Positions 23,818 to 31,980 of a stretch of 35,385 nt of DNA are shown one piece after another. Position 1 is the stretch's first letter; each line of letters begins with the position of its first letter. The position numbers were made by a program, and so were the translations under genes. The stretch comes from a virus. Lineage: Duplodnaviria; Caudoviricetes. Where the stretch lies: positions 1 through 35,385 of the IMG/VR virus record IMGVR_UViG_3300036797_000127. One strand, written 5' to 3'. The notes beneath the pieces were generated by a model. That model had not been told where the DNA came from. It made no database searches and saw only the letters and a program-made list of their open reading frames with translations.

Positions 23818-25119
23818 TTAGGAGCGGGTCGCGAGCGAGATGAAGGGCGAAAGAGTCGAGCCCCCGGACTTCGGAGTCAGGGGTTTCTTCCACCATGGTT
23901 CTCCGTCCACGCGGTAGACGAAGCGGAACACACCCTCATCCGTGAGGAAGTTGACGTGGATCGAATAGTCCTGGCGGACGCCGGCCTTGTCGATCATCGT
24001 GTACTGATCGAGATCGGCAAGGATGATGTCTCCGGGGGTGCCGAGGACTGCGCCATGCTCGTGGAAAATTACTGGCTTGCCCAAGAGCATGCCGTTTCCA
24101 TCGCCGTCCTTTGCGGGCGGGGTATAGAGCAGCACTTGACCCAGGGATGGAGATCCCAGGACCAGCTTGTAGAGCTGAGGCTTGACGCTGACGTCGCAGA
24201 GCCACGCAGCGGTTTTCATGCTCGGAACCCAAAGCCGGCTGTCCATGTTCAACACGTCGTTCGTGGTGAGCACGGCTCCTGAATCGGCGGAGTCCTTGGC
24301 CTGTGTGATCAATGCGCCGCTGTTCAGGATGCCCAGGGGCTGTCCTGCGCCGGTGCCATTGATGATGGCGTCCTCGACCTTGAAGGTCATTTCTTCCGCG
24401 AAGCCGCGCTGGATGACGGACTCGAGGGCAGCCGCGTCTTCGAGGAGTTCGTCGGTCGCATAGCACAACGCGAGTAACTTCTCGAGCTGGAGTTCGATCC
24501 GGCGGAATTTCGGCTTACTGGCCGTGGCGGTGGCCGCCTCGTTGATCCAGTAGGCGAGAATTCCTCCCCACCGTGAACCATCGGCTCGGCTGTCTTCGTC
24601 TATGGCATTGATCTTCAGGCCGTTGGCGTTCCCGGAAATCGGGATCTTTCGGCAGCGGCTGACGATCTGGCCCGTTGAATAGGTGCGCATCAGCAACTCG
24701 GCCGAGAAATCCTTCTGCACGAGGAACCCGCCATCGGAGGGAACCGCTTCGCTTCCGCCCGCCGGTCCGGCGAGTAGCCGCGGATCGGTTTGGCGACCAC
24801 CGCTGCGAGCGGACTTGATCACGGCCTGCAACTGCTCGCCGAATGTCGCAAAGCCCTTGCCTTGTCCGGGGGTGCCGGCGCGGCTGGCAGCCAATTCGTT
24901 CGGATCGTCGATCGCAGTAGTGTGTCGCTCGCGTTCGAGCAACGCTTCCTCACGTTCGATGGATTTTTCCGCCGAGACGAGCGCCTTTAGTTCCTCTTCA
25001 TAGGCTGCGCCTTCGGCTTCGTTCAGGTCGCGGCTTTCCGCCGCGGCTTTGTCCAGCATGGCGCGGAGCTTTTTCTTGCTCTCCGTCGCGCGCTGGCGAT
25101 ATAGCTTGATGTTCGACAT
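23818..25119 (-). CDS. Major capsid protein, HK97 fold with N-terminal coiled-coil delta domain
   Basis: SDGGFLVQKDF, AIINGTGAGQPLGILNS, LLGKPV, GDIILADL, FRFVYRVDG. Confidence 0.95.
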   Translation of the reverse strand: MSNIKLYRQRATESKKKLRAMLDKAAAESRDLNEAEGAAYEEELKALVSAEKSIEREEALLERERHTTAIDDPNELAASRAGTPGQGKGFATFGEQLQAVIKSARSGGRQTDPRLLAGPAGGSEAVPSDGGFLVQKDFSAELLMRTYSTGQIVSRCRKIPISGNANGLKINAIDEDSRADGSRWGGILAYWINEAATATASKPKFRRIELQLEKLLALCYATDELLEDAAALESVIQRGFAEEMTFKVEDAIINGTGAGQPLGILNSGALITQAKDSADSGAVLTTNDVLNMDSRLWVPSMKTAAWLCDVSVKPQLYKLVLGSPSLGQVLLYTPPAKDGDGNGMLLGKPVIFHEHGAVLGTPGDIILADLDQYTMIDKAGVRQDYSIHVNFLTDEGVFRFVYRVDGEPWWKKPLTPKSGGSTLSPFISLATRS

Positions 25120-25234
25120 CGCGTTTCTCCTCAGTCAGATTTGCGCAGGCTTTCGCATTCTCGGCGTCGTCGGACGCTTACGATGCAAACCTTCGCTTTG
25201 GGTGAAGCGGCCGCGACGGCGGCCCAAAAATCGT

Positions 25235-26347
25235 TTACCTCAAATCCAATTCGCGGCGGCGCTTATTAAGCGCGACGAGCGGATCCGGCTGCTTCGCGGC
25301 CTTGGCGCGCGGCTCATGCCCGCAGTTCGGGTCCGAGCATTCCGGATTGGAGCAATTCATGTGATCATCCGCGCGGCATGCGTCGCAAACGCAGATGCAA
25401 TCTTTTTCTTCGAGCGGATCTTCGCCATCGCCGTCCTCAGGATCGGCCCTGAAAGTCACGGGACTCGGAGTCGCGGCTCCGATCGTTTTTGGAGGATTTG
25501 CACCATTCGCTCCGAGTTGCGCCAGTACATCGTCCATCGTGGCCACGCGATCGGCCATGCCTTCCTTTACGGCTTGCGCAGCCAGCACCATTCGCCCCTG
25601 GCCGAATCCTCCGCGCACGTCGTCCTGCGAAGCGTGACGGCCGCGCGATACGTTCTTCACGAACATCGAATAATAAGCATCCACTTTCGATTGCAGGTCC
25701 GCGCGTGCGGTATCCGAAAGCGGCTCATACGGGCTGCCATCGGTTTTGAACTTCCCGGCGCTGATCAGGGAAACTTTAACGCCCTCGGCTTCAAGAGCCT
25801 TGGAATAATCTTCGTGCGCCGCGAACACTCCGACCGAGCCCACCTGGCCACTCGGAATCACCACGAGCTCGCCGGCTGAAGCCGCGAGCCAATATGCGGC
25901 GCTTCCCGCCATGCTATTGGCGACGGCGATGCTCTTTTTCTGCCCGCGCGATTTGTAAATTTCCTCGGCCAGTTCGGGTATGCCGTCGACGCCGCCGCCT
26001 GGGCTATCCACATCAAACACGATCGCCTTGATGCTCGAATCGGCAAGCGCCTGGCGAAATTGTGCTGTAAGCTTTTCGACGGATGTACCGCCGGAGAACT
26101 GACTCATCAGGTTCGCGCGGTGCGAGATCACTCCGCGAATCGGAATCACGGCGACGGCGCCGAAACTTTGCTGCGACCTGGGACCGGCGCTGATTGCTGC
26201 CTCGTTCAGGCGAGCGCGTATCTCTTCCTCGCTCAATCTGGAGCCAGCGGCGCGCAGGCTGACGAGCTCCGCGATAACTTTAAATTTTTCCGGAAGAATC
26301 GCCCATGGCTTATGGAAGACCTCGAACATGATCCGTTCGTATTTCAT
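25235..26347 (-). CDS. Prohead protease, S49 (SppA-like)
   Basis: DVDSPGG, AGSAAYWLA, VGSVGV, ISAGKFK, GMADRVAT. Confidence 0.92.
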   Translation of the reverse strand: MKYERIMFEVFHKPWAILPEKFKVIAELVSLRAAGSRLSEEEIRARLNEAAISAGPRSQQSFGAVAVIPIRGVISHRANLMSQFSGGTSVEKLTAQFRQALADSSIKAIVFDVDSPGGGVDGIPELAEEIYKSRGQKKSIAVANSMAGSAAYWLAASAGELVVIPSGQVGSVGVFAAHEDYSKALEAEGVKVSLISAGKFKTDGSPYEPLSDTARADLQSKVDAYYSMFVKNVSRGRHASQDDVRGGFGQGRMVLAAQAVKEGMADRVATMDDVLAQLGANGANPPKTIGAATPSPVTFRADPEDGDGEDPLEEKDCICVCDACRADDHMNCSNPECSDPNCGHEPRAKAAKQPDPLVALNKRRRELDLR

Positions 26348-26349
26348 CG

Positions 26350-28098
26350 TTAGCTCCTCAGCTCTGCCGTCTCGGACCTTTTCGTTCCTAGCGCCAAGGC
26401 GGCGAGAGCGTCCGGCGCGGTGTCCTCGATCCAGTCGAGGGCGCAGCTTTTTTCTTCCGGCTCATCGACCGCGACGAGCAACTTCAGATTGCTTTCCGCG
26501 TAGCGCTTAGCAGCCGCGGGCGAAATGCACATTGTTTGAGCCACGAGCGCCACATGCGCGGCATAAAAGGACTGCGCCTCGGTTGCGAATGTCGTCGCAT
26601 CGAATTGCTTTGCCGAGCGTCCCAGCGTCTTACGCAGAGCCGTCACTTCTTTTCTCACCACGCGGCGCGCCGCTTCCGTGGCAAATGCGCGAAGGAGCTT
26701 GCGGCTGGGCTGCCGCGCATCTTGGCCCTCATCGTCGGGCGTTTCGGGAGGCGCGGGCTGCTGATCCTCGTCGTTCTTGGGAGGAGGAGCATCGCTCGGA
26801 TCGGGCTCATCGGTGGCCATGGCTGGCAGAAACACGGTTCCCGCGGGGACCATGTTTAACGGCCTCAAATATTCCTGTCCGCCTTTGCCGTCGGGGAGAG
26901 GATTCATTCCTTCAAACTCGCAAATCGTATCGGGGCACAGCCAGCCCCAATTCCGGCCGATGGCATAGGCGTCATAGCGGCTCTTCATATCGCCGCGCAG
27001 AAGGCCTCCGACAATGAATTCAGCAAAATATTCCGCGCCGTCGTCGATCGCGGCGCTGATCGGATCGATCAGATCGACGTTGATGCGGCGTTCCCATCGC
27101 GTCGCCGCCGGCTGGATTGCGTCCGTGACGAATTCGATTCCTTGGTGTTCGATGTTGTTGTTTGTGGCGCGTGCGAGGATGCCGATCTTGTGCGGCGGCG
27201 TCCGGTAGATTCCGCAGATCTGCTCCGCGTTAGCCTGCGTGGCCTCGAGAAATTGCGAATCTTTATTCGAGAGCCCCACTTGGTGCAGCTTGAGACCTTC
27301 CTCGAGGACTTTAGTTTTGTGACGGTTTTCGCCAGTGTTTGCCTTCTGCCAGTTCTTAAGGAATTCCTGGCGCGCGGCGCCGTCCTTGAACTTTCCGGGA
27401 TGTTCGAGCCAAGTGGCCGATGTCGCATCGTTCAGGAAAAAACGTCCGGCATAGTCCTGCATGCCGAGCCCCGTGCCCATCGTTTCGCGCTGGATAGCGA
27501 TCGGACTGAGGCCGACCAGTCCGTCGGACGAAAGGCCGCGCAGGTGGAAAATTTCCTCCTGCATATACCAATCGACTTCTCCCTCGAAGCGCGAGCGCAC
27601 CTGATATTTCAATTTCCCGTTTGGAAGCCGGTAAACCTGGACGAGATCCGGATGTAATGGGATGAGCTGATCTATCGCACCGCGTGGGCCAGGAACGATC
27701 CGAGAGAAGGCATTTCCGCGCAGGTCGAGGTGCGCCTGCATCATTTCGATCCATTCAACGCTGGTTTGCCATTGGTTAGGCGAATTATGCAGGACCGGAT
27801 AGAGGGGGTGTTCCGTCGCGCGGATTTTTCCGCCATTGGGCAATCGTTTATAAAGTACAAGAGGGCATGACGCCAGCGATTCCGAACGGACGCGGATACA
27901 AGAAAACACTGCCGCGAGCCGCATCGCGGTCTCGGGCGTTACGGTCATGCCCGCGGCTGAGTCCCATCCCGGGCGCGAATACCAATAGTCGTCCCATGGC
28001 GGAAGTGCGGACCCTCCTCCGGTTGCCGCAGAAAACGCCGCGCGCAGATGCCAGCCGATCTTTCCGAGAACGCCAGGCGCTTCGCGGCGATTTCTCAT
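26350..28098 (-). CDS. Portal protein, HK97 family, with C-terminal extension
   Basis: LRGNAF, IFHLRGLSSDGLVGLSPI, LEEGLK, NNIEHQGIEF, LLRGDMKSRY. Confidence 0.95.
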   Translation of the reverse strand: MRNRREAPGVLGKIGWHLRAAFSAATGGGSALPPWDDYWYSRPGWDSAAGMTVTPETAMRLAAVFSCIRVRSESLASCPLVLYKRLPNGGKIRATEHPLYPVLHNSPNQWQTSVEWIEMMQAHLDLRGNAFSRIVPGPRGAIDQLIPLHPDLVQVYRLPNGKLKYQVRSRFEGEVDWYMQEEIFHLRGLSSDGLVGLSPIAIQRETMGTGLGMQDYAGRFFLNDATSATWLEHPGKFKDGAARQEFLKNWQKANTGENRHKTKVLEEGLKLHQVGLSNKDSQFLEATQANAEQICGIYRTPPHKIGILARATNNNIEHQGIEFVTDAIQPAATRWERRINVDLIDPISAAIDDGAEYFAEFIVGGLLRGDMKSRYDAYAIGRNWGWLCPDTICEFEGMNPLPDGKGGQEYLRPLNMVPAGTVFLPAMATDEPDPSDAPPPKNDEDQQPAPPETPDDEGQDARQPSRKLLRAFATEAARRVVRKEVTALRKTLGRSAKQFDATTFATEAQSFYAAHVALVAQTMCISPAAAKRYAESNLKLLVAVDEPEEKSCALDWIEDTAPDALAALALGTKRSETAELRS

Positions 28099-29834
28099 AC
28101 GACCAGAATCTCCCGCCCGTCGGCATAGGCTGATGCGCCATCGTTGGGAGACGCTATCGAGCGGCCGAGGGCCATGATCAGCGCGACGATGCCGTCAATC
28201 TTCCCGCGCGCGGATTTCTTTGTGGGGCGCTTATTTCCGTTGCCGTCTTCCCACACGACTAGATTCGAGGCCATCCAGCGCATCACGGGATTGCCGAGGT
28301 GCGCGAGCCGCCGGCCGAGGACGAGCTCCTCGATCAGCCGTTTCGTAGGCTCGGCAAACATAGCGATGGTCTGATTGAATTTGACCAGGCGTTCTACGTT
28401 GATTCCTGCTTTTTGCAGGTCGTTCGCGAATTGCGTGGCGTTCCACGGATCGAAGGCAAGTTCGCGGACATCGTACTTCTCAAAGTCGGCAAGCACTTTC
28501 GCGCGAACGATGTCGTAATCGACGATATTTCCGGGCGTGCCGTGAATAAAGTCCTCGCGCACCCAGACGTCATAGGGTGCGCGGAATTCTTTTATTTTTC
28601 GTTCGATGTTGTCTTCGGGCAACCAGAAGTCGGCGATGACCACATATTTTTCTCCGGCTGTTTGCGGGGGGAACAGTTTCACCTCGGCCGTGATGTCCTC
28701 CGTCGAGGAAAGGTCCACGGCGATAAAGCAGGGCTGCCCAGAGAATTTCTCTTCGATGTCCCGCTGCAGCGCTCGTGAATCCGTGTTCTGCAGGCTGAAG
28801 CCCACGCAGGAGTTCCAATCGTCCATTTTGATGGCCGCGGTTTCCTGATTCGTCCAGATGTTCAAATGGAGGCGGAGGAAGGAATTCAGCGAGGAAGGAT
28901 CCTGTTTCGCTTTGTTGGCCTTGCGGCGCAGGTCATCGAGCTTGACGGAAATATTCAGGCCAGGATTCGCTTTCGGCCAGTTCTTCTCGTCTTCCCAGTT
29001 GTCGCCCTCATCGAGCGCGGCGATGAAAATAAAAAGCGTGTCGTCCTGATTGATTCCCTCGAGCACCTTCGTCGCATACTCGTGGTCCGTGAAACAAACC
29101 GACTCGCGATCGTAGCCGGCTGTCGTGATCTTAAACGTAAGGGGTTGCTGGCGCGCGGCGGTCGCCGTCTCGATGACGTCAATCAGAAGGCGATTTTTGT
29201 GGGCGTGATATTCATCAACGATCGCGCCGCTTATATTTAATCCGTCGAGCGTGTCTTCGTCGGAGCTGAGCGGCTCAAACTTGGAATTTGTCGCGGGGAC
29301 GTTCATGTTATTGCGGAAGCTAACGATCCGCGAACGGAGCGCCGGCGAAGCCTTGCGCATGCGCTCTGCCTCGCTGAACACAATCTTCGCCTGGTCTTTC
29401 TTCGTGGCTACGCAAAACACTTCCGCGCCCTGCTCGCCATCTGCAAAAAACAAATACAGTCCGATGCCGGCGGCGAGCGTCGATTTTCCGTTCTTACGGG
29501 CAATCTCCGCATACGCTGTGCGGAATCGGCGAGCGCCGTCAACGGTGCGCTTCCATCCGAATAGAACCCAAACGATAAATTGCTGCCACGGCTCAAGAAT
29601 AAATTCCTGGCCGGCCCACTCTCCCTTGCTGTGGCGGAGGAAACTGAAAAAGTCTAGGGCATGCTGGCCTGCGGCGGGATCGAATCGGAGTCCACGCTTC
29701 GCGCCTTCGCGCAGATCGTCCAGGTGACGCTTCGCGGCGAGCTTCACCCAGCGCGAGCAGACAATGCGGCCCGCAGCCGCGTCACGCGCATATTGCTCGG
29801 CAGGATGAATTTTAGTTTGTGTACTTGCTTTCAT
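28095..29834 (-). CDS. terL: Terminase large subunit
   Basis: LEPWQ, ARKNGKST (Walker A), IVDEYH (Walker B), VDLS, FDPWNA, KIDGIVA. Confidence 0.96.
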   Translation of the reverse strand: MKASTQTKIHPAEQYARDAAAGRIVCSRWVKLAAKRHLDDLREGAKRGLRFDPAAGQHALDFFSFLRHSKGEWAGQEFILEPWQQFIVWVLFGWKRTVDGARRFRTAYAEIARKNGKSTLAAGIGLYLFFADGEQGAEVFCVATKKDQAKIVFSEAERMRKASPALRSRIVSFRNNMNVPATNSKFEPLSSDEDTLDGLNISGAIVDEYHAHKNRLLIDVIETATAARQQPLTFKITTAGYDRESVCFTDHEYATKVLEGINQDDTLFIFIAALDEGDNWEDEKNWPKANPGLNISVKLDDLRRKANKAKQDPSSLNSFLRLHLNIWTNQETAAIKMDDWNSCVGFSLQNTDSRALQRDIEEKFSGQPCFIAVDLSSTEDITAEVKLFPPQTAGEKYVVIADFWLPEDNIERKIKEFRAPYDVWVREDFIHGTPGNIVDYDIVRAKVLADFEKYDVRELAFDPWNATQFANDLQKAGINVERLVKFNQTIAMFAEPTKRLIEELVLGRRLAHLGNPVMRWMASNLVVWEDGNGNKRPTKKSARGKIDGIVALIMALGRSIASPNDGASAYADGREILVV

Positions 29835-30342
29835 TCTGTTTTCCGCCGCGGTTGAGGAATTTCTCGAATGGATCCTTTCCCTCATCCGCTGGCTTCTCGA
29901 CGCGCAGGCGCGATCGTGCCGCTGGCGTCATTCCAAATTCAATCAGGAAGGATTTCATCATCTTGAGTGCATCGTTCGAGATCGTGACGGCAGGATTGCG
30001 TTTATATTTTGTGCCGAGCTCGTTTCCTTCTTTGTCGTAGATTCCTTCGCTGATAATTAATCCAAGTCGATCGACTTCTTCTTCAGCCTGAGACCAGCGA
30101 GCATAAGCGTGGCAATAGGCTGCGAGCGCTTTACCGTCAATTAAAGAAAGCATGCCGAGCTTCTCAAGTTGGGGAACGATTGATTTCCATTCTTCTTGTG
30201 CGAGCGCCGAAAGCCCGGGTGGCATTTCCGGTGGCAAGGCAGGAGGCACTGGCTCTTTTTCATTTAGCTCGCGCTTTCCTGCGTTGCCACCGAGTTTTTT
30301 CAGCTTCGTTGGCTTCGGTCTGCGTCCGGATCCTCTTGCCAT
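29812..30342 (-). CDS. terS: Terminase small subunit, P27 family
   Basis: GRRPKPTKLK..GNAGKR...NPAV...EFGMTPAARSR. Confidence 0.93.
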   Translation of the reverse strand: MARGSGRRPKPTKLKKLGGNAGKRELNEKEPVPPALPPEMPPGLSALAQEEWKSIVPQLEKLGMLSLIDGKALAAYCHAYARWSQAEEEVDRLGLIISEGIYDKEGNELGTKYKRNPAVTISNDALKMMKSFLIEFGMTPAARSRLRVEKPADEGKDPFEKFLNRGGKQNESKYTN

Positions 30343-30359
30343 TTTATTTTTGGGTCCCA

Positions 30360-30445
30360 AAACGCGAATTTTTATTTCGCGGGAGTGTGCGTGTGTTCAC
30401 CGGGCGGTCCGCAGCGGACCAATTTTCAGAGAATTTGCCCCCCTA
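30360..30445. other. Putative cos (packaging) region
   Basis: Non-coding gap between HNH and terS, the usual cos location in HK97-like phages; contains the ggtccgc/gcggacc inverted repeat. Confidence 0.5.
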
Positions 30446-30844
30446 CCCATTAGCAGGGTAACTCCTGCGTTTGCCACGCCTTGCAAAGGCTGAATCCTCG
30501 GTCGCCGTCTTGTAGGAGTGGCAGGCGTGGCATGCGCCCTGCAAGTTCTCCATCGTATCTTCTCCTCCTGCATTGCGAGCGACGATATGGTCTGCATCAG
30601 TGCTTGGCGCTGTTCCGTTGCAGAGAATCACGATTTTGCACAAGGGATCGCGCGCCAGGACCATTGCGCGCAGCCGTTCCCAGCGTCGTCCGTATCCTCG
30701 TTTCGCCGCCGATCCTCGCTTGCGATCGTGATCTCGCCGGTACTGCTTCTCTCCATTTGCGCGCAGGTGCGCATCGCAGTAGCGGCCAGAGCATAGGCGC
30801 TTACAGCCCGCCTCACGACAAACGTTGCTCACTGAGACTGGCAT
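30443..30844 (-). CDS. HNH endonuclease (HK97 gp74-like terminase cofactor)
   Basis: RGYGRRWERLR..VLARDPLC...DHIV...NLQGACHACHSYKT. Confidence 0.92.
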   Translation of the reverse strand: MPVSVSNVCREAGCKRLCSGRYCDAHLRANGEKQYRRDHDRKRGSAAKRGYGRRWERLRAMVLARDPLCKIVILCNGTAPSTDADHIVARNAGGEDTMENLQGACHACHSYKTATEDSAFARRGKRRSYPANG

Positions 30845-31086
30845 TAAGCGAACTCTGGCCTTAACGGGGGATCGAGCTGCAGGACCATCGGGCCGAACCT
30901 GCCGCTGCGCGTTGGTATCCATTCGCCGCCATCTCCGCGAATCTTGTACTCGCCATATTTTTCGCGGGCAGTACGTTCGCCTGTGAATACGATCTTTCCT
31001 GCGGCGAGCTTTTTTTCAGCGATGGATTTCGTTACGTGGTAGGAAGAACCGTTCGGTGTATCGATGCGAACGCGGGATTCAGCCAA
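30844..31086 (-). CDS. Hypothetical protein, probable first late gene (start uncertain)
   Basis: TAATG overlap with HNH; TTG at 31086 lies downstream of the candidate late promoter. Confidence 0.55.
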   Translation of the reverse strand: MAESRVRIDTPNGSSYHVTKSIAEKKLAAGKIVFTGERTAREKYGEYKIRGDGGEWIPTRSGRFGPMVLQLDPPLRPEFA

Positions 31087-31177
31087 AGACTTTGGAAATG
31101 CGGAAACGTTTCGGTCTGAACAGCACCTGGCGGGATGATCATCCCTCCCGCGGTGGGCTATTTGACGATGCGAACAC

Positions 31178-31205
31178 ATGATAAGGGTAATCCTGTATTT
31201 TGCAA
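31178..31205 (-). promoter_or_regulatory. Candidate late promoter
   Basis: TTGCAA-16-TATCAT on the minus strand upstream of the packaging operon. Confidence 0.5.
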
Positions 31206-31255
31206 AAGAGAATGTTTGCAGTCGGTGACGCAACGGCCATTGTGATTCACCACAC

Positions 31256-31582
31256 CTACGTCGGGGAGTCGAGCAACAGGGCGCGGATTGCATCGGTAGC
31301 TTCGACAATCGCATCGTAAATTTCTGTGGTAAGAAATCCAACCCTTCGGCCACTTGATTTATAGTTATGCTCCCTATCCTTATCTGAAAATAAACGCAAG
31401 GCTTCGAGAGGAATTGCAGATTTAATCAATGCTTTCCGCATCATGCTCCGGAGTTGTTCGTCACGGGCGGTGAGGAGTTGCACGAATCGGCGTAACTCTG
31501 ATGGTTCAACGCCCCATGAACCTGCGAATTGTTCCGCAAACTCTTCCGGCGTCAGCACCTTCGTTTCGGGATTACTTGGCAT
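31256..31582 (-). CDS. Hypothetical protein
   Basis: GAGG RBS; 108-aa helical ORF. Confidence 0.7.
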   Translation of the reverse strand: MPSNPETKVLTPEEFAEQFAGSWGVEPSELRRFVQLLTARDEQLRSMMRKALIKSAIPLEALRLFSDKDREHNYKSSGRRVGFLTTEIYDAIVEATDAIRALLLDSPT

Positions 31583-31772
31583 TGGATTTCCTCTGAGTAG
31601 CGTGGTATCTATTCCACACTTCTAAATCTTCCGGTGTAGCCGCGTGACTGAATCGAAACTCGGTGCAGCCACACCCGCCGATCTTACAAAATGGCTCATG
31701 CTGTGAGCGAAAATCTCCGCAATAACAGGCATCAGAACCATGCTCCGATTCCTTCGCTCGCTTACTTGGCAT
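31572..31772 (-). CDS. Small Cys/His-rich protein
   Basis: CYCGDFRSQHEPFCKIGGCGCTEF; GGAG RBS. Confidence 0.7.
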   Translation of the reverse strand: MPSKRAKESEHGSDACYCGDFRSQHEPFCKIGGCGCTEFRFSHAATPEDLEVWNRYHATQRKSNAK

Positions 31773-31789
31773 TGGGCTCCCCTGCTAGG

Positions 31790-31821
31790 AAAAGGCGCAT
31801 AGCTTGAATCGGCCATGCGCC
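31790..31821 (-). terminator. Intrinsic terminator
   Basis: ggcgcatggc-8nt-gctatgcgcc stem followed by TTTT on the minus strand. Confidence 0.7.
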
Positions 31822-31826
31822 AAGTT

Positions 31827-31949
31827 TCACGATTTCTTCAATACTTCACGAATCTCTCCACATTTCGTGCAAAAAATCTTCACTTCCGTTTCGTTTCCAA
31901 TCGGATTGAAATTGTGATGTGTGTCCTTGCACTTAGACTGCTTTTTCAT
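31827..31949 (-). CDS. 40-aa zinc-ribbon microprotein (not in the ORF track)
   Basis: AAGGAGGTGA RBS; MKKQSKCKDTHHNFNPIGNETEVKIFCTKCGEIREVLKKS. Confidence 0.75.
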   Translation of the reverse strand: MKKQSKCKDTHHNFNPIGNETEVKIFCTKCGEIREVLKKS

Positions 31950-31980
31950 GGGATATTCACCTCCTTTCGCATGGTTTCCT

